A stretch of DNA of 63,188 nucleotides, filler included, from Octopus bimaculoides (taxonomy: Eukaryota): NCBI RefSeq assembly GCF_001194135.2. It is 3 parts of 3 records of this genome, joined end to end, with 100 filler letters (N's around TTAATTAATTAA, not from the genome) between each part and the next. Parts side by side here need not be neighbours in the genome. Positions count along the whole stretch, not along the records: positions 19,167 to 44,300 come from NC_068981.1; positions 44,401 to 63,188 come from NC_068982.1; 1 more part is not named here. One strand, given 5' to 3'. The notes under the pieces are model-generated. The model had not been told where the DNA came from. It saw only the letters and a list, made by a program, of their open reading frames with translations, and searched no databases. The position numbers were made by a program, and so were the translations under genes. Shown here piece by piece: positions 37,756 through 49,992 of the stretch. Each line of letters begins with the position of its first letter. Position 1 is the first letter of the stretch.

Positions 37756-40700
37756 AGAACTTACTATTTCTTCAGTCATCTAAACAACAAGGAACATGGA
37801 GATCTGTAGTTAGAAATTGTTTTCAAAGACTGAAAATAGTTGTTAGTACAAGTCGTTGAAAATTTCTGGCAGGAAACGTGACGAGAACGTTTGTGTTGAA
37901 ACCTAGTATCTTGTGCATAAATATTGATTTTTTTTAAATTTTCATTTTAAGTTTCATAAATATTTTTTATATATACTTAGACGAATGCATATATTGTAAT
38001 AGTATTCTCGATATTTCATGTATAATCTTTTAGTCACATAACGCAATATATCTTTTTACATGTGAAAGAACATATATATTAGATTTCATCTATCATATAA
38101 CGTCATACATTAATGGTATTGTGATGAAGTCTTGTTTGTGACGTAATAATATATAGTTTTCGATGTGACTTTACCACATACACTCATCCATAAAACTTGA
38201 AGTATATATTAGTATTTCGCTTTCTATTTCGTACGTTTATAACTTTTCATCATCAGTTTTGTATATTTTCAATAAAACTAACCAACCGTTTCTCAAGTAA
38301 AAATAGAGCCTCCATAGATCAAGGTGGATCATGCAGCTATACACAGGGCCTGGGTAAAATAATTTAAGGAAGACTAGCTGTTACTAGCATATAAATCACT
38401 TCTCTCTACGGTACTGATGTTTATCGAAAGGAATGGCTACCGACTTTAACCGATACAGCTTGATATCAATGTCATCGAGGGCATTATTGTCACCACGAAT
38501 ACCACAAGATGTCTTGTCCGTCCCTTTAACAGTTCTGCTAATTTGTTGCCCTGGGTTGATGATTTTTATCAACTCCGTAAAGATTAAAGACAATATTGAC
38601 TACAGTAAAATTTGAGCTCAGAGTTCAAAAGTCACAAAGAAAACTTCGAAGTATTCTAATACTGTAGTTACTCTACCAATTCATCACTTTGTCAAAAATA
38701 ATGCATATAAAACAGAATCCTGTGAAAGAAGTGGTGGACGCGTCAGCAAAAATAATACGGGACTGACAGTTCGTAAAGGGAGAGAGAGAGAGAGAGAGAG
38801 AGAGGGGAAAGAAAGAGGGGGGCTTGATTATAAAACATAGCTCTCCTCTTCATGCAACATTCGAAATTATCTAAACTCACGAACTACCTTTTCCATTCAT
38901 TTTCCCATAAGCTAATTTCAGACATCAATTTATCTATGAATACAAACCACAGACATTTTCTTTCTTTTCACATCATTGTCTCTATGAAACAATTTCAATA
39001 CAACAATGATATCAATACTGAATTAGTATGTTAGAAGGTTTTTATCGAAAAGTATATATAACCTGAAAGTCTGGCTATGGTTACTGTTCCAATTAATATT
39101 GCTTTCTCTATATTTACTATAAAATGGAGTGCACAGTAGACAGTACGTACCATTTTCATTTACATAGAGACACGCCTCTTTTCCCTCAGTTGACAATTTG
39201 ATATTAATCTTGTGTATATTATATCTCTCCGTTACTATTGTAACCATGATTATGCTATCATTACACATTCAACGACATTTAGAAGCTGGTATTCCAACCA
39301 CTTATGCTTTTTGAAATCAATACACAGAATCTTTTCTTGAAACAACATTTTATCTTAATTAAAATGTGTAGTTGGAACTGAATTCTGAATAGAGAGTAAA
39401 GCTCAGCGACGGAAAGTTATGAGGTGTACGAGGCTTGAACGCAACACAAAATATTTTCTGTTCCTTGTAACAGAGTAAGAAATAAAAAAAAGAAAGAAAA
39501 AAACAATAAAAATCGAACAACGAAAATGCTTACGGTCGACAATAGAAAAAAACTTAAAAAAAAAAACAAGACAAGAAAACAAAGTTATTAAAAAATGCTC
39601 AGAAATCTATAGTTTCTCAATTGGTATTTTTTATTTTTTAAAGGGTAACGAGAATACGGGTCTTTTCTTTGGCTGGATAAGAAGTGTTGAAAGTTTATAT
39701 GTATACCAGTTTATTATATGCTCTCCTATCAAATTTGTACCTATATAAATAAATAAGGGCATTAGTTACAAAATGGTTTTATCTTGATTCAGATTAAAGC
39801 GGGGCGAAAATGATAAGGCGGTGATCTGAAAACCTGGAATAATTAGTTTCGTCGTTCTTCGTTCTCAGCCCAACGCTCGTCTACGATGGTTTTTCATTTC
39901 ATTTCAATGAGACCAATATAATAATATATGAATATATTAAGTAACATTTAATGATAGTTTTAATCGACTACATTGCTTCTTGACATATTTACAGTCGTAA
40001 ATACGAACAGTTTAAATTTTGTTTGAACTCGAAAGCAGAATTAAATTTCGACATACAGAATCTGAAATAAAGATTTAAAGTCTACCCTTAACCTTTCACT
40101 TCATTAAAACTGCCTGCTAAGAAATGAATAACACAACTTCCAAATTCTTTTTGTTTGTTCTCCTTGAAAATGCATGCTTGTGCACTGTCAAAAGAAAATA
40201 GTAGCTAGCAAACTTAGTGAGCTCTGTAGTATAGGAGATAAAATCTTGAGCAGTAAAAACTATTTCACGGTTACCTTCCACCGGAAGTACAGATTCTTTG
40301 TTTATTCTGTAACGGGATCAGTATCAAGTTTGAATTAAATCGGTGCAGAGTCAGAAACACTAGAGCTCCGAACAAACTGCCTAATAGTAAATATTTTCCT
40401 CATCAGCATTTTTGAGTTCAAACTCTACTTACTCAACTTCGCTCTTTATTGTTCTGGTTTATTTAAAATAACTGCCAAGCGCCATTTTCAATTTAACCTA
40501 ATTCGATTATACGTTTCTCTTTAAAATTTCTGGAATTTTATACATAAAGAATGTTAGCTAATGCTCTTATGGAAGTCATAAACAACAAACTGCCTTTGTT
40601 ACCACTTCTATCCTTATTTTTTCTTGTGTCTGTTTCATAATTCAATATTTCGTACGAATTTTGCAATTGGATCCTGCTGGATGGGTTGTATATTCAAGCA

Positions 40701-41220
40701 AGAAATAATAAACTTATTATAATTCAAAGTAAGGCGACAGATGAGGCTATATTCCTGTCAATGACACCAAATATAAAATGCCGTATATAACCATTATTTA
40801 CGTGTAGATAGACTGGCTACTTCTATTTCATGATAAAATAATCAATGACGAAACTAATGGTTATTCTATCATGGCGTATTACATTGAGAAATATGTGCGC
40901 AAATGTAAATACTTTAGGCTCTGGATGAAATAAAAACTATTTGTTTAATGAGTTAATAGTAAGGGTGTGACGCCATACAAAGTGTCATAATGTATTTCGT
41001 CTCGTTGCCTTCCATTTTGAGATCGAATTTCGCCGAAAACTTTGTTTCATTTCTCATAGATCAATATAATACAGTGCATTGGCTATATTCAGCATACATC
41101 TCAAAATACCAACACTGATCTGTCTCAGTAAAGTACACTCAGTAATTTTTCTGACCAAACTATAGCAAGATTACGTTCGGGAAAACGACAACTACACACA
41201 CACACGCACACACACACACG

Positions 41221-41259
<39 letters not shown>

Positions 41260-41348
41260 NNNNNNNNNNNNNNNNNNNNNNNNNTATATATATATATATA
41301 TTTGTTTTGCAAGATTCTAAACGTAAAATCGTTTGTTGAAACAGATAT

Positions 41349-41555
41349 TGTTGTATTTGGGGATGGTCATGTTGCCAGTTTAGCCAATAAAAACACACGC
41401 ACTATATATTTGGTGTTATTTTGCTTCTGCTTTATATTACATTAATCGTAATATACGATTAATGTAATATAAAGCTGAAGCAAATTAACACCAAATATAT
41501 AGTGCATGTGTTTTTATTGGCTAAACTGGCAACATGACCATCTCCAAATACAATA
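41349..41555. mobile_element. Foldback (hairpin) MITE-like element
   Basis: Arms 41351-41450 and 41454-41553 are near-perfect reverse complements around a 3-nt loop (ata). Confidence 0.85.
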
Positions 41556-41899
41556 TATATATATTTATATATATTCGCGAAAAGTCTGCCTCAATGCTTT
41601 ACAAGATGTTTGAAGAAGACGGCTAGCTGAATGCAAACCCCAAAAGTGTAAGTGATATACCTATTAAGCAATTCCAGAGCATCTTCACCTCTCAACTGGA
41701 AAACAGACAAGTAAGCAAGCCTAAAGAGTTTTTCAACACAGTGCAGACGTAAGAGGGACAAAGGCAACGATCGATTACATCGGCGCAAAAGAAGAAGATG
41801 TAGCATCGGCCATTGATAAGCAGCGAGCCCGCAGGAATTTCCAGTTGCTCTCCGAAAAACATGCACCAAAGCTCTCGTAAAGCCACTGCAGATAGTTTT

Positions 41900-42730
41900 T
41901 CAGAGTTTCCTTGCATGTGGAAAACTTCCGAAACTGTTAAAAGAGAGTATCATGTGCCCTGTCCATAAAGGAAGAAGCTGAGCGGAAGCTAAAAATTACA
42001 GGCCAATCTCTCTCACCTTACATGTTGGCAAGGTCATGGAACAAATTGTCAGGAGACTGAACACATTCCTGGAAGAGAATAACTTGCTCACAAACACAAT
42101 ATGGTTTCCGCCCAAGGAGGAGCTGCCTCACATAGCTGTTACAACATTACGATTGCGTACTGAAACAGCAGCTCAACTACTCAAATATCTCGACTTTGCC
42201 AAGGGACTTTGACAAAGTTTATCATGGGATAATATGTCACAAACTACGTGACTTTGGTATCTCTGGAAAACTGGGAGAGTGGCTGGACGACATTTTAAAA
42301 GACAGAAGTCTGGCAGCTGCAGCCAATGGTGCTCTCTCTGGGGAGTCATCAATCCGGTGAGGAGTCCAGCAGCGGAGTCACGCAGTGGAATCACGCAGCG
42401 GAGTCACGCAGCGGAGTCCCTCAGGTTACTGTACCGGGACCACAACTGTTTGTAAAGGCTCTCTCATACACTCTCTCTGTCGTACAGTCAGCCACTCTCA
42501 CCAGCTACGCTGATGATATAAAAGTATCACAGGCAGTCAAGGACTTTGATGACATACAAAAACTGCAAAACGGCCTGCATGCAATATACAAATAGACCTG
42601 ATTAAAGTAACATGCAGTTCATTGCTGATAAGTTTCAAGCACGCCATTATCGGCCCACAGACAGACAGCAATCGGAATACATAAGACCAAGGGGCAGTGA
42701 AATCCCAGAGATAGAATTGGTGCATGATCT
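41900..42730 (+). mobile_element. CR1-clade LINE reverse transcriptase fragment (frameshifted)
   Basis: PVHKG...KNYRPISL...QYGFRPRRSCLT.LL...YLDFAK.FDKV...KLRDFGISGKLGEW...SGVPQVTVPGPQLF...YADDIKV...LQNGLHAI. Confidence 0.9.
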
Positions 42731-42739
42731 GGGAATCCA

Positions 42740-42912
42740 CAGGAATAGTACTGGTATGTTTACGTCCCCGTAACATAGCAGTTCGAGAAAAGGGACTGAT
42801 AGAATATGTACTAGGCTAAAAAAGATCCTGGGGTCGATTTGTTCGACTAACACATATCAAGGCGGCGACCCAGCATGGCCGCAGCCAAATGACTGAAACA
42901 AGTAAGAGTTGA
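42740..42912 (+). mobile_element. SINE family B, 3' half
   Basis: tggtatgtttacgtccccgtaac...ggggtcgatttgttcgac...cagcatggccgcagccaaatgactgaaacaagtaagag. Confidence 0.8.
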
Positions 42913-43368
42913 AGATAATAGATCAAAGATATGTGTATATATTTTTATATATACGTACACAAACACACATACTCTCTCACACATACAAACACGCACACCA
43001 ACACGCGTGCATACACACACGCGCGCACACACTTATATATGACAGGCTTCTTTCAGTTTTCGTCAATGAAATCCACTGATAAGGCTTTGGTCGGCCCAAG
43101 GCTATAGTAGAAGATACTTTCCCATAGTTAACGAAAGAAAGTAGTAGCACTCAACGCAATATGTAGGAGATACTTTCATAGATACCCTCACACAGCTGTG
43201 CTTACGCACAAATGCACATTTGTAGGCATTTGTTAAAATAGATTAGAAATTAAATATTGAAGCAGGAAACTACGTGACCGTTTGATAACACTAAGTTATC
43301 ATTTTTTTAGTGTTATACCTATAATGTATATTGTCTAATTACTTCAAGATAGTTCAAAATATAAAAAT

Positions 43369-43540
43369 AGGCGCAGGAGTGGCTGTGTGGTAAGTAGCGC
43401 GCTTACCAACCACAAGGTTCCGGGTTCAGTCCCACTGCGTGGCACCTTGGGCAAGTGTCTTCTACTATACCTTCGGACCGACCAAAGCCTTGTGAGTGGA
43501 TTAGGTAGATGGAAACTGAAAGAAGCCAATCGTATATATG

Positions 43541-43571
<31 letters not shown>

Positions 43572-43785
43572 GTTTGTGTGTCTGTGTTTGTCCCCCCACC
43601 ATCGCTTGACAACCGATGCTGGTGTGTTTACGTCTCCGTAACTTAGCGGTTCGGCAAAAAGGGACCGATAGAATAAGTACTAGGCTTACAAAGAATAAGT
43701 CCTGGGGTCGATTTCCTCGACTAAAGGCGGTGCTCCAGCATGGCCGCAGTCAAATAACTGAAACAAGTAAACGAGTAAAAGAGTA
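43369..43785 (+). mobile_element. Full-length SINE family B (tRNA head, CORE-like domain, CA/TA spacer, conserved tail)
   Basis: Head aggcgcaggagtggctgtgtggtaag...gggttcagtccc; CORE-like ggcaccttgggcaagtgtctt; tail ggcggtgctccagcatggccgcagtc...gaaacaagtaaacgagtaaaagag. Confidence 0.9.
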
Positions 43786-44420
43786 TACCGGAACTAATAT
43801 TTCCTTCACCGTAACAAGTATCGCTTCTCTGCATAAAATTTCGCCCTGTAAAATGCTCGACTAATCGCGTCATCAGCTAAAACTGAGATGACGGGCGACC
43901 CAAATTTGTCCAGATATAATACAATCGTGACAGTCAAGTTTAAAGATATCAAAATTTAGTGAAACTTGAGAGATATTCGAATCATCCACATTAGGTGGTA
44001 AATTCACCTGCCGCAATGCATTAATAGACATTTCAAAAGCAATATTTAGACTTGTAAGTGGACTTATTCACTAAAATGCATTTCTCGCTGAACTATTTAC
44101 AGGCCACCTTGCATGTAGAAACACACTGTTTGTTCTGTAGTTTTATATCGATTCCAATATATTTATACTTCGAATTGCTTATAAGTCGGTTAGACACGAG
44201 GAGACACGCGTATAAATACATGTGTATGTATATATGTATGTATCTATGTGTCTATGTACGTATGTATGTATCATGTATGTATGTATATATATATATATAT
44301 NNNNNNNNNNNNNNNNNNNNNNNNNNNNNNNNNNNNNNNNNNNNTTAATTAATTAANNNNNNNNNNNNNNNNNNNNNNNNNNNNNNNNNNNNNNNNNNNN
44401 TATATATATATATATATATT

Positions 44421-44737
44421 TAGACCCCCTTCGGTCATGAATGACCATGGGATTGCACCTAGAAATTACGCTCCGAGGCATATGTCCGCGCAAGGTTGTT
44501 CGTGGAAGGCCAGAATTCGCCCGTACATACCAGCCTCCCCTCTCCACACCACCAGTGTTATCCAAGGGAAAAGGCAAAGGCCGATACAGCTTGGCACCAG
44601 TCGCAACTCATTTCTAAAACTGAGTTAACTGGAGGTACGTGAAATAAAGTGTGTTGCACAAAAACACAACACGCAGCCCGGTCCGGTAATCGAACTCACA
44701 ACCTCACGATCGTAAGCTCGACGCTCTAACCACTGAG
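44421..44737 (-). mobile_element. tRNA-derived SINE with family-D-like centre and RTE-like 3' tail
   Basis: Minus strand: ctcagtggttagagcg...gagttcgattacc...tgtgtttttgtgcaacacacttt...caatcccatggtcattcatgaccgaagggg. Confidence 0.7.
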
Positions 44738-44747
44738 NNNNNNNNNN

Positions 44748-44878
44748 TGCTGGTGTGTTTACGTCCCTGTAATTTAGCGGTTCGGCAAAAGAAACCGGTA
44801 CAATGAGTACAAGGCTTACAAAGAATAAGTCCTGGGGTCGATTTAAATGACTGAAACAAGTAAAAGTGTAAAAGAGTA
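44748..44878 (+). mobile_element. SINE family B, 3' half
   Basis: tgctggtgtgtttacgtccctgtaatttagcggttcggc...gactgaaacaagtaaaagtg. Confidence 0.8.
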
Positions 44879-45084
44879 TATATGTATGCATATCTGCATA
44901 CACATATGTTCATGCGTACATATGTATGCACATATTTTTGTATGTACGAATGTATGTATTTCGGAAAGTTGAATTTGAGCTGTTATGCTTCTTGTTTCTT
45001 CTTTTTCTTCATCTCCTTATTCCCTTTCTCCTGTCCTCTGTGTCGTCCTTTCATTAATCTATAACCTTCTCCTTTTCCCTATTT

Positions 45085-45140
45085 GTTTCTGATGCCGGAA
45101 TATCCCATTCTCTGAGATATCCCAGAAACAGCTGTGAGAG
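45085..45140 (+). ncRNA. Degenerate minimal type-I hammerhead-like motif (canonical-core family)
   Basis: CTGATG (45089) - stem II ggaatatc/gagatatccc - GAAACAGCTGT (45125-45135). Confidence 0.45.
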
Positions 45141-45235
45141 TTTGAATTTTCCCAATAACAATAACGTATATAACTTGAGAGATGTTTGAATTGCATCCCG
45201 AGCGTCTAGTAACACTATGTGTATCACGTCCTCAC

Positions 45236-45506
45236 GTTGTTGTTTTTTTTGTTATTGTTTTTTTTTGTCTTTTTCCTTTGAACCTATATATGATTGACCG
45301 TTGACTGAACACTATTCAATTTTTTTTCTCCTTGTCTCCGTATTCTTTCTGTTGAAGAGCGTAGCTCGAAACGTCAAAGACTTTCCGTATTCCCGAGCGT
45401 CATACTAATACATCCTTTTGTTATTTACACCAGCTGTCCTCGTCTGTTGTTGTTTTTTTTGTTATTGTTTTTTTTTGTCTTTTTCCTTTGAACCTATATA
45501 TGATTG
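45236..45506 (+). repeat. ~210-bp tandem unit (Penelope pLTR/retrozyme-like) cut by an N gap
   Basis: 45236-45296 is identical to 45446-45506; homologous units at about 49530-49665 and 59933-60080. Confidence 0.75.
45344..45380 (+). ncRNA. Minimal type-I hammerhead-like motif with variant core CUGUUGAA
   Basis: tcttt-CTGTTGAA-GAGC-gta-GCTC-GAAACGTC-aaaga: stem I (tcttt/aaaga), 4-bp stem II, GAAA, palindromic ACGT helix III, GUC triplet. Confidence 0.55.
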
Positions 45507-45951
45507 NNNNNNNNNNNNNNNNNNNNNNNNNNNNNNNNNNNNNNNNNNNNNNNNNNNNNNNNNNNNNNNNNNNNNNNNNNNNNNNNNNNNNNNNNNNNNN
45601 NNNNNNNNNNNNNNNNNNNNNNNNNNNNNNNNNNNNNNNNNNNNNNNNNNNNNNNNNNNNNNNNNNNNNNNNNNNNNNNNNNNNNNNNNNNNNNNNNNNN
45701 NNNNNNNNNNNNNNNNNNNNNNNNNNNNNNNNNNNNNNNNNNNNNNNNNNNNNNNNNNNNNNNNNNNNNNNNNNNNNNNNNNNNNNNNNNNNNNNNNNNN
45801 NNNNNNNNNNNNNNNNNNNNNNNNNNNNNNNNNNNNNNNNNNNNNNNNNNNNNNNNNNNNNNNNNNNNNNNNNNNNNNNNNNNNNNNNNNNNNNNNNNNN
45901 NNNNNNNNNNNNNNNNNNNNNNNNNNNNNNGTGTGTGTGTGTGTATGTATG

Positions 45952-46030
<79 letters not shown>

Positions 46031-46069
46031 ATGTATATATATATGTGTGTGTGTGTGTATGTATTTATG

Positions 46070-46106
<37 letters not shown>

Positions 46107-46559
46107 ATGTATGTATATATATATGTGTGTGCGTGTGTGTGTGTGTATTTATGTATATATATATATATATATAGATGTGTGTGTGTGTGTGTATCAATGT
46201 ATATATACATATATAAAACTATTGAAATTCAAAAAAGCGTACAACGTGTGCGCTGTGTATTGATGTAGAAGAAATCAATCAATGCGATCGCATCGTCGAT
46301 CAACTCATAAGAACTAAACTTTCTACTACAGCTGAAATTTTTTCAGCAGCCAACGAACCAACCTCGGTACACACACACTGATGGACTGCTTAAAATCTGA
46401 TCAACGCCTTCAAGTCTGTAAGTACCATACATAGAGTTGCTCGCAGTCGTTCCACTACTCACAAGAGTAGGGCACTTTCCTCGTATTGCAAGTAATATGA
46501 GTGGGGTGCGGATAGACTAGTTCTAAATACATAGTTCATGAAACAGCAGTGAGGTGTTC

Positions 46560-47800
46560 ACACTTTTAAAAATACTTGATCATATACATACTCAATCAGA
46601 TTTGATGCAAGGCTAAATGCTACATTTTAGTGAAAATCGTGTTCTTATAATGAGCCTACTTTATGTTCGAAATTACTATGTTAATCAACATTTCATAATT
46701 TACCAGTCGCCATCTGGATACAGAGCCTGCATTAACATCCAATTCCTTTTCAATCTTGAGACTTTTGGTTTTGCCTTGCTCAGATAATTCACATGTCAGA
46801 GAACAACGGTCTCCACATTATATCACAATATTATTTTTTTGTTTCTGGTGAGAATTTCGCCTTTGTTAACAGTTATATAATATTTGGTGGTTGTCTTCAG
46901 CTGTTAATAATTTATGATTCTTTCTATCATTTTTTTTGTTGAGATTCGATTCTTTGGTATAGAACTGGAAGATATGTCGAGATCGATTGTAACTGTTACT
47001 TTTCTTTAAGTACACAAAATGTCAAATTAAGAAAGTTCCCTTTCATTTATTTCCATAGGGAATTGGGGCGATTCAAGAATGTTTTTTATTAACGAAGGAA
47101 TCATCTAAGGTCTTACTTATCTTCCAAAATATGAAGTAGTCCTCTACAAATTTCTGTCAGTTATCCTTTAAACAGGACTGGAAACGCTGATCATGAGTAA
47201 TTCTAGATCAGGTATAGATCTTTTTCTTCAGGGAATTACATGAAACGTGTTACAAACGTGGTTGCAACGTTCGTGCTCATTGCCATGTAATTTTCTAAAA
47301 AGGTAATGGTGGTGGTTATCAAAGGAGAAATAGTTGTTTTCTAGCAGCAATCGTAATCTCTCGAGTGTAATTTACTTTGGGAATCTCTCCTGAAACCTAT
47401 ATGAATATTTGATTATTCGGAATTCAACAGCTTCTCTTCCTAATCCATTTGGAATGTTTGTGTAGAAGCAGGTCACTTCGGAACGAAACATGATTATCTT
47501 TTTATTTACTCTTTCTGAAATGCGGTTCATGAAGTCCGTGTCATGTCTTATGAAACTAGGAAACAATTTGCACAGGAGAATCAAAATAATACCTAGTAAA
47601 TTGCTTAACCATTGGATACTTGATGTTTGTCCTGCAACATGTGAGCGTAATTTTTAATCAAACAGTTTGAAAAGCTTTAAATATTGTGTATAAAGATCCT
47701 TGAAACTTTTAGGATTTTTTATAGATTAATGATGTTTTGGTAATCTATACCTCAAAATAAGATAATCATCCTTATTCTCCGTTAAACCATTTTCGAATTT
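46560..47800 (-). mobile_element. Decayed Penelope-like element (RT region)
   Basis: Minus ORF ...LLCKLFPSFIRHDTDFMNRI...EVTCFYTNIPNGLGREAVEF; NYFSFD...AMSTNVA; ELS.FDIL; KRQP.N-like linker. This is the PLE RT motif order. Confidence 0.8.
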
Positions 47801-48446
47801 GCCATTGATATTTACATGCATGCATACATACATTCATACATGTTTGTGTGTATGTATGTGTGTGTGTGCGTGTGAGCGCACGCGTTTGTGTATGTGTGTA
47901 AGTACATTCATTGAAGCTTACACACACCTATAGTCGAATGGAATGTAGTACAGTGCCTGTGCTAGTTCATCCAACCTTCTGTGATGATTCAAAATAGATC
48001 AGACAATTTTAATTCGCAACGAAATTTAGATAGCTTGACATTTTTGAAACTTTTCAACACAGAAACATAATATGGATGCAAACTATAAATTAATACACGT
48101 ATTAGAAAATGAAGAGACGAAAATATAAATATGTTCATTTTCGGGTCGGGATTTGTCAATTTCTGACACACACACACACACACACTGTCTCTCTCTCTCC
48201 CTCTCTCTCTCTCTCTCACTCTCTCTCTNNNNNNNNNNNNNNNNNNNNNNNNNNNNNNNNNNNNNNNNNNNNNNNNNNNNNNNNNNNNNNNNNNNNNNNN
48301 NNNNNNNNNNNNNNNNNNNNNNNNNNNNNNNNNNNNNNNNNNNNNNNNNNNNNNNNNNNNNNNNNNNNNNNNNNNNNNNNNNNNNNNNNNNNNNNNTATA
48401 TATATTTATCTATCTATCTCACACACATACGTATATATATATATAG

Positions 48447-48511
<65 letters not shown>

Positions 48512-48774
48512 TATAGATAGATAGATAGATGTCGAACGTACTCCTTGTTGACTCCAATTCCTTCAATTTTATATTCACACACGACGAATGTCCAAAGGTA
48601 AACCTGGAAGTATGTATAATACTACTAACGGATAGTACAGTGTAGTTCTGAAGGTGGATGAGCTTTACACTGTACTCTTACTTTTTAATGAACGGAAATA
48701 ACCCGAAAATCGTGATACACAGGTATTGTTTTGAGCTGAGTGGGGGTGCTAGATTCCATTGTTCGGAAATATAT

Positions 48775-48890
48775 GGACACAGATCGTGTCGTATAGCCAG
48801 CTGGAGAAGATGTCTCCTGGGGCTAATTTACAGCAACATTCGTCCTAAACCACGACTGCCATGTTATGTTGGCAAACAATCTTTACTCCA
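48775..48890 (+). repeat. Unclassified repeat, second copy (see 5484-5600)
   Basis: gacacagatcgtgtcgtatagccagctggagaagatgtctcctggggcta. Confidence 0.6.
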
Positions 48891-48959
48891 AACAGAGAGA
48901 GAATAAAAAAAAGCTGTTGGAGCTAGAGGTCAATCATAGTGGCTGGATATATACATACA

Positions 48960-49330
48960 TACACACCGAGTGGTTAATATTTGAAGTTGTTGTTACATGT
49001 TCTAAATCTGTTATCTCCACACCTCTTTGCAGAGAATTCTGAAATTCTCTGATGTGAATTTTGCTCTTGTGAGATATTTTTCTCAATGTTTTGATTGACG
49101 TTTACTGTTTCGTAAAAGGTTTTCATCAACCTTATTTTTTTTTCATTTTGGGGCTTTGTAGGAATATTGGCAGGTTCGTTTTTATAGCATTAAAAAATGT
49201 TGGTTGCTCCAGAATTGTGTGTATTGATAAATCTAATAGTAATTTTCTTTTATCTTTGGTCTTCTTATTTGTGTGACGCCCAGCTTCATCGCCTTTATAA
49301 TTCACTTGCTGGCCCTGTACCGTAAAAGAT
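48960..49330 (-). mobile_element. Penelope-like fragment (RT-endonuclease linker)
   Basis: Minus remnants THNSGATNIF.AIKTNLPIFL...SKRQSKH.RKYLTRAKF. Confidence 0.55.
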
Positions 49331-49529
49331 GACGGCTAATTGTAGTATTTTATATATAAACATGGATGGTAAACCAAAATAATACACTTCTCAATGGTAT
49401 CTAGTAGTTGTCTTTTGAGATGTGACATCGATCATTGTTCGTTACTGAATGAACACTGATTCACACATACAAACATTCACATACTTCCCTTATACACATA
49501 CACTCAAATATACACATATACTCACACAG

Positions 49530-49665
49530 AGTTTGGATTTTATTATTCTCTCTCTGTTTATTTCCTCGTGTTCTTTTCTGTTGAAAAGCGTAAACTCCAA
49601 ACGTTAAAGACTTTCTCACCTTCCCGAGCGTTAAACTAACACACCTGTTTATTGTTTATACACCT
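49530..49665 (+). repeat. Decayed copy of the pLTR-like unit with variant hammerhead remnant
   Basis: tcttttctgttgaaaagcgtaaactccaaacgttaaagactttctc...cccgagcgttaaactaac. Confidence 0.7.
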
Positions 49666-49809
49666 TAGTCTCAATGAATGAGACTAAAGCGCTAATAATT
49701 ACCTAAGGTTCCGACTACCTCCTTTTCTTACACACACACACACACACGCGCGCGCAAACAAACACACGCGTACGCACGCACACACATACACATACACACA
49801 TGAGTGCGT

Positions 49810-49992
49810 GTCTCTGTGTCTGTTCTTCACCACCTCTTGACAACTGGTGTTGTGTTCTTACGTACCTATAATCCGTAACTTAGCGGTTAGGCATAATAGA
49901 ACAATGGAATAAGTACCAGGTTTAAACAAGTCCTGGTGCTGATTCGTTTAACTAAGCCTGACCGCAGTCTAATTACTGAAACAAGTAAAAGA
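49810..49992 (+). mobile_element. SINE family B, 3' half
   Basis: cttgacaactggtgttgtg...ccgtaacttagcggttaggc...actgaaacaagtaaaag. Confidence 0.75.

Noticed and set aside
19111-44356. TTAATTAATTAA islands at 19111-19122 and 44345-44356
   Set aside because: Identical six-frame-stop 12-mer surrounded by Ns: an assembly spacer, not biology.
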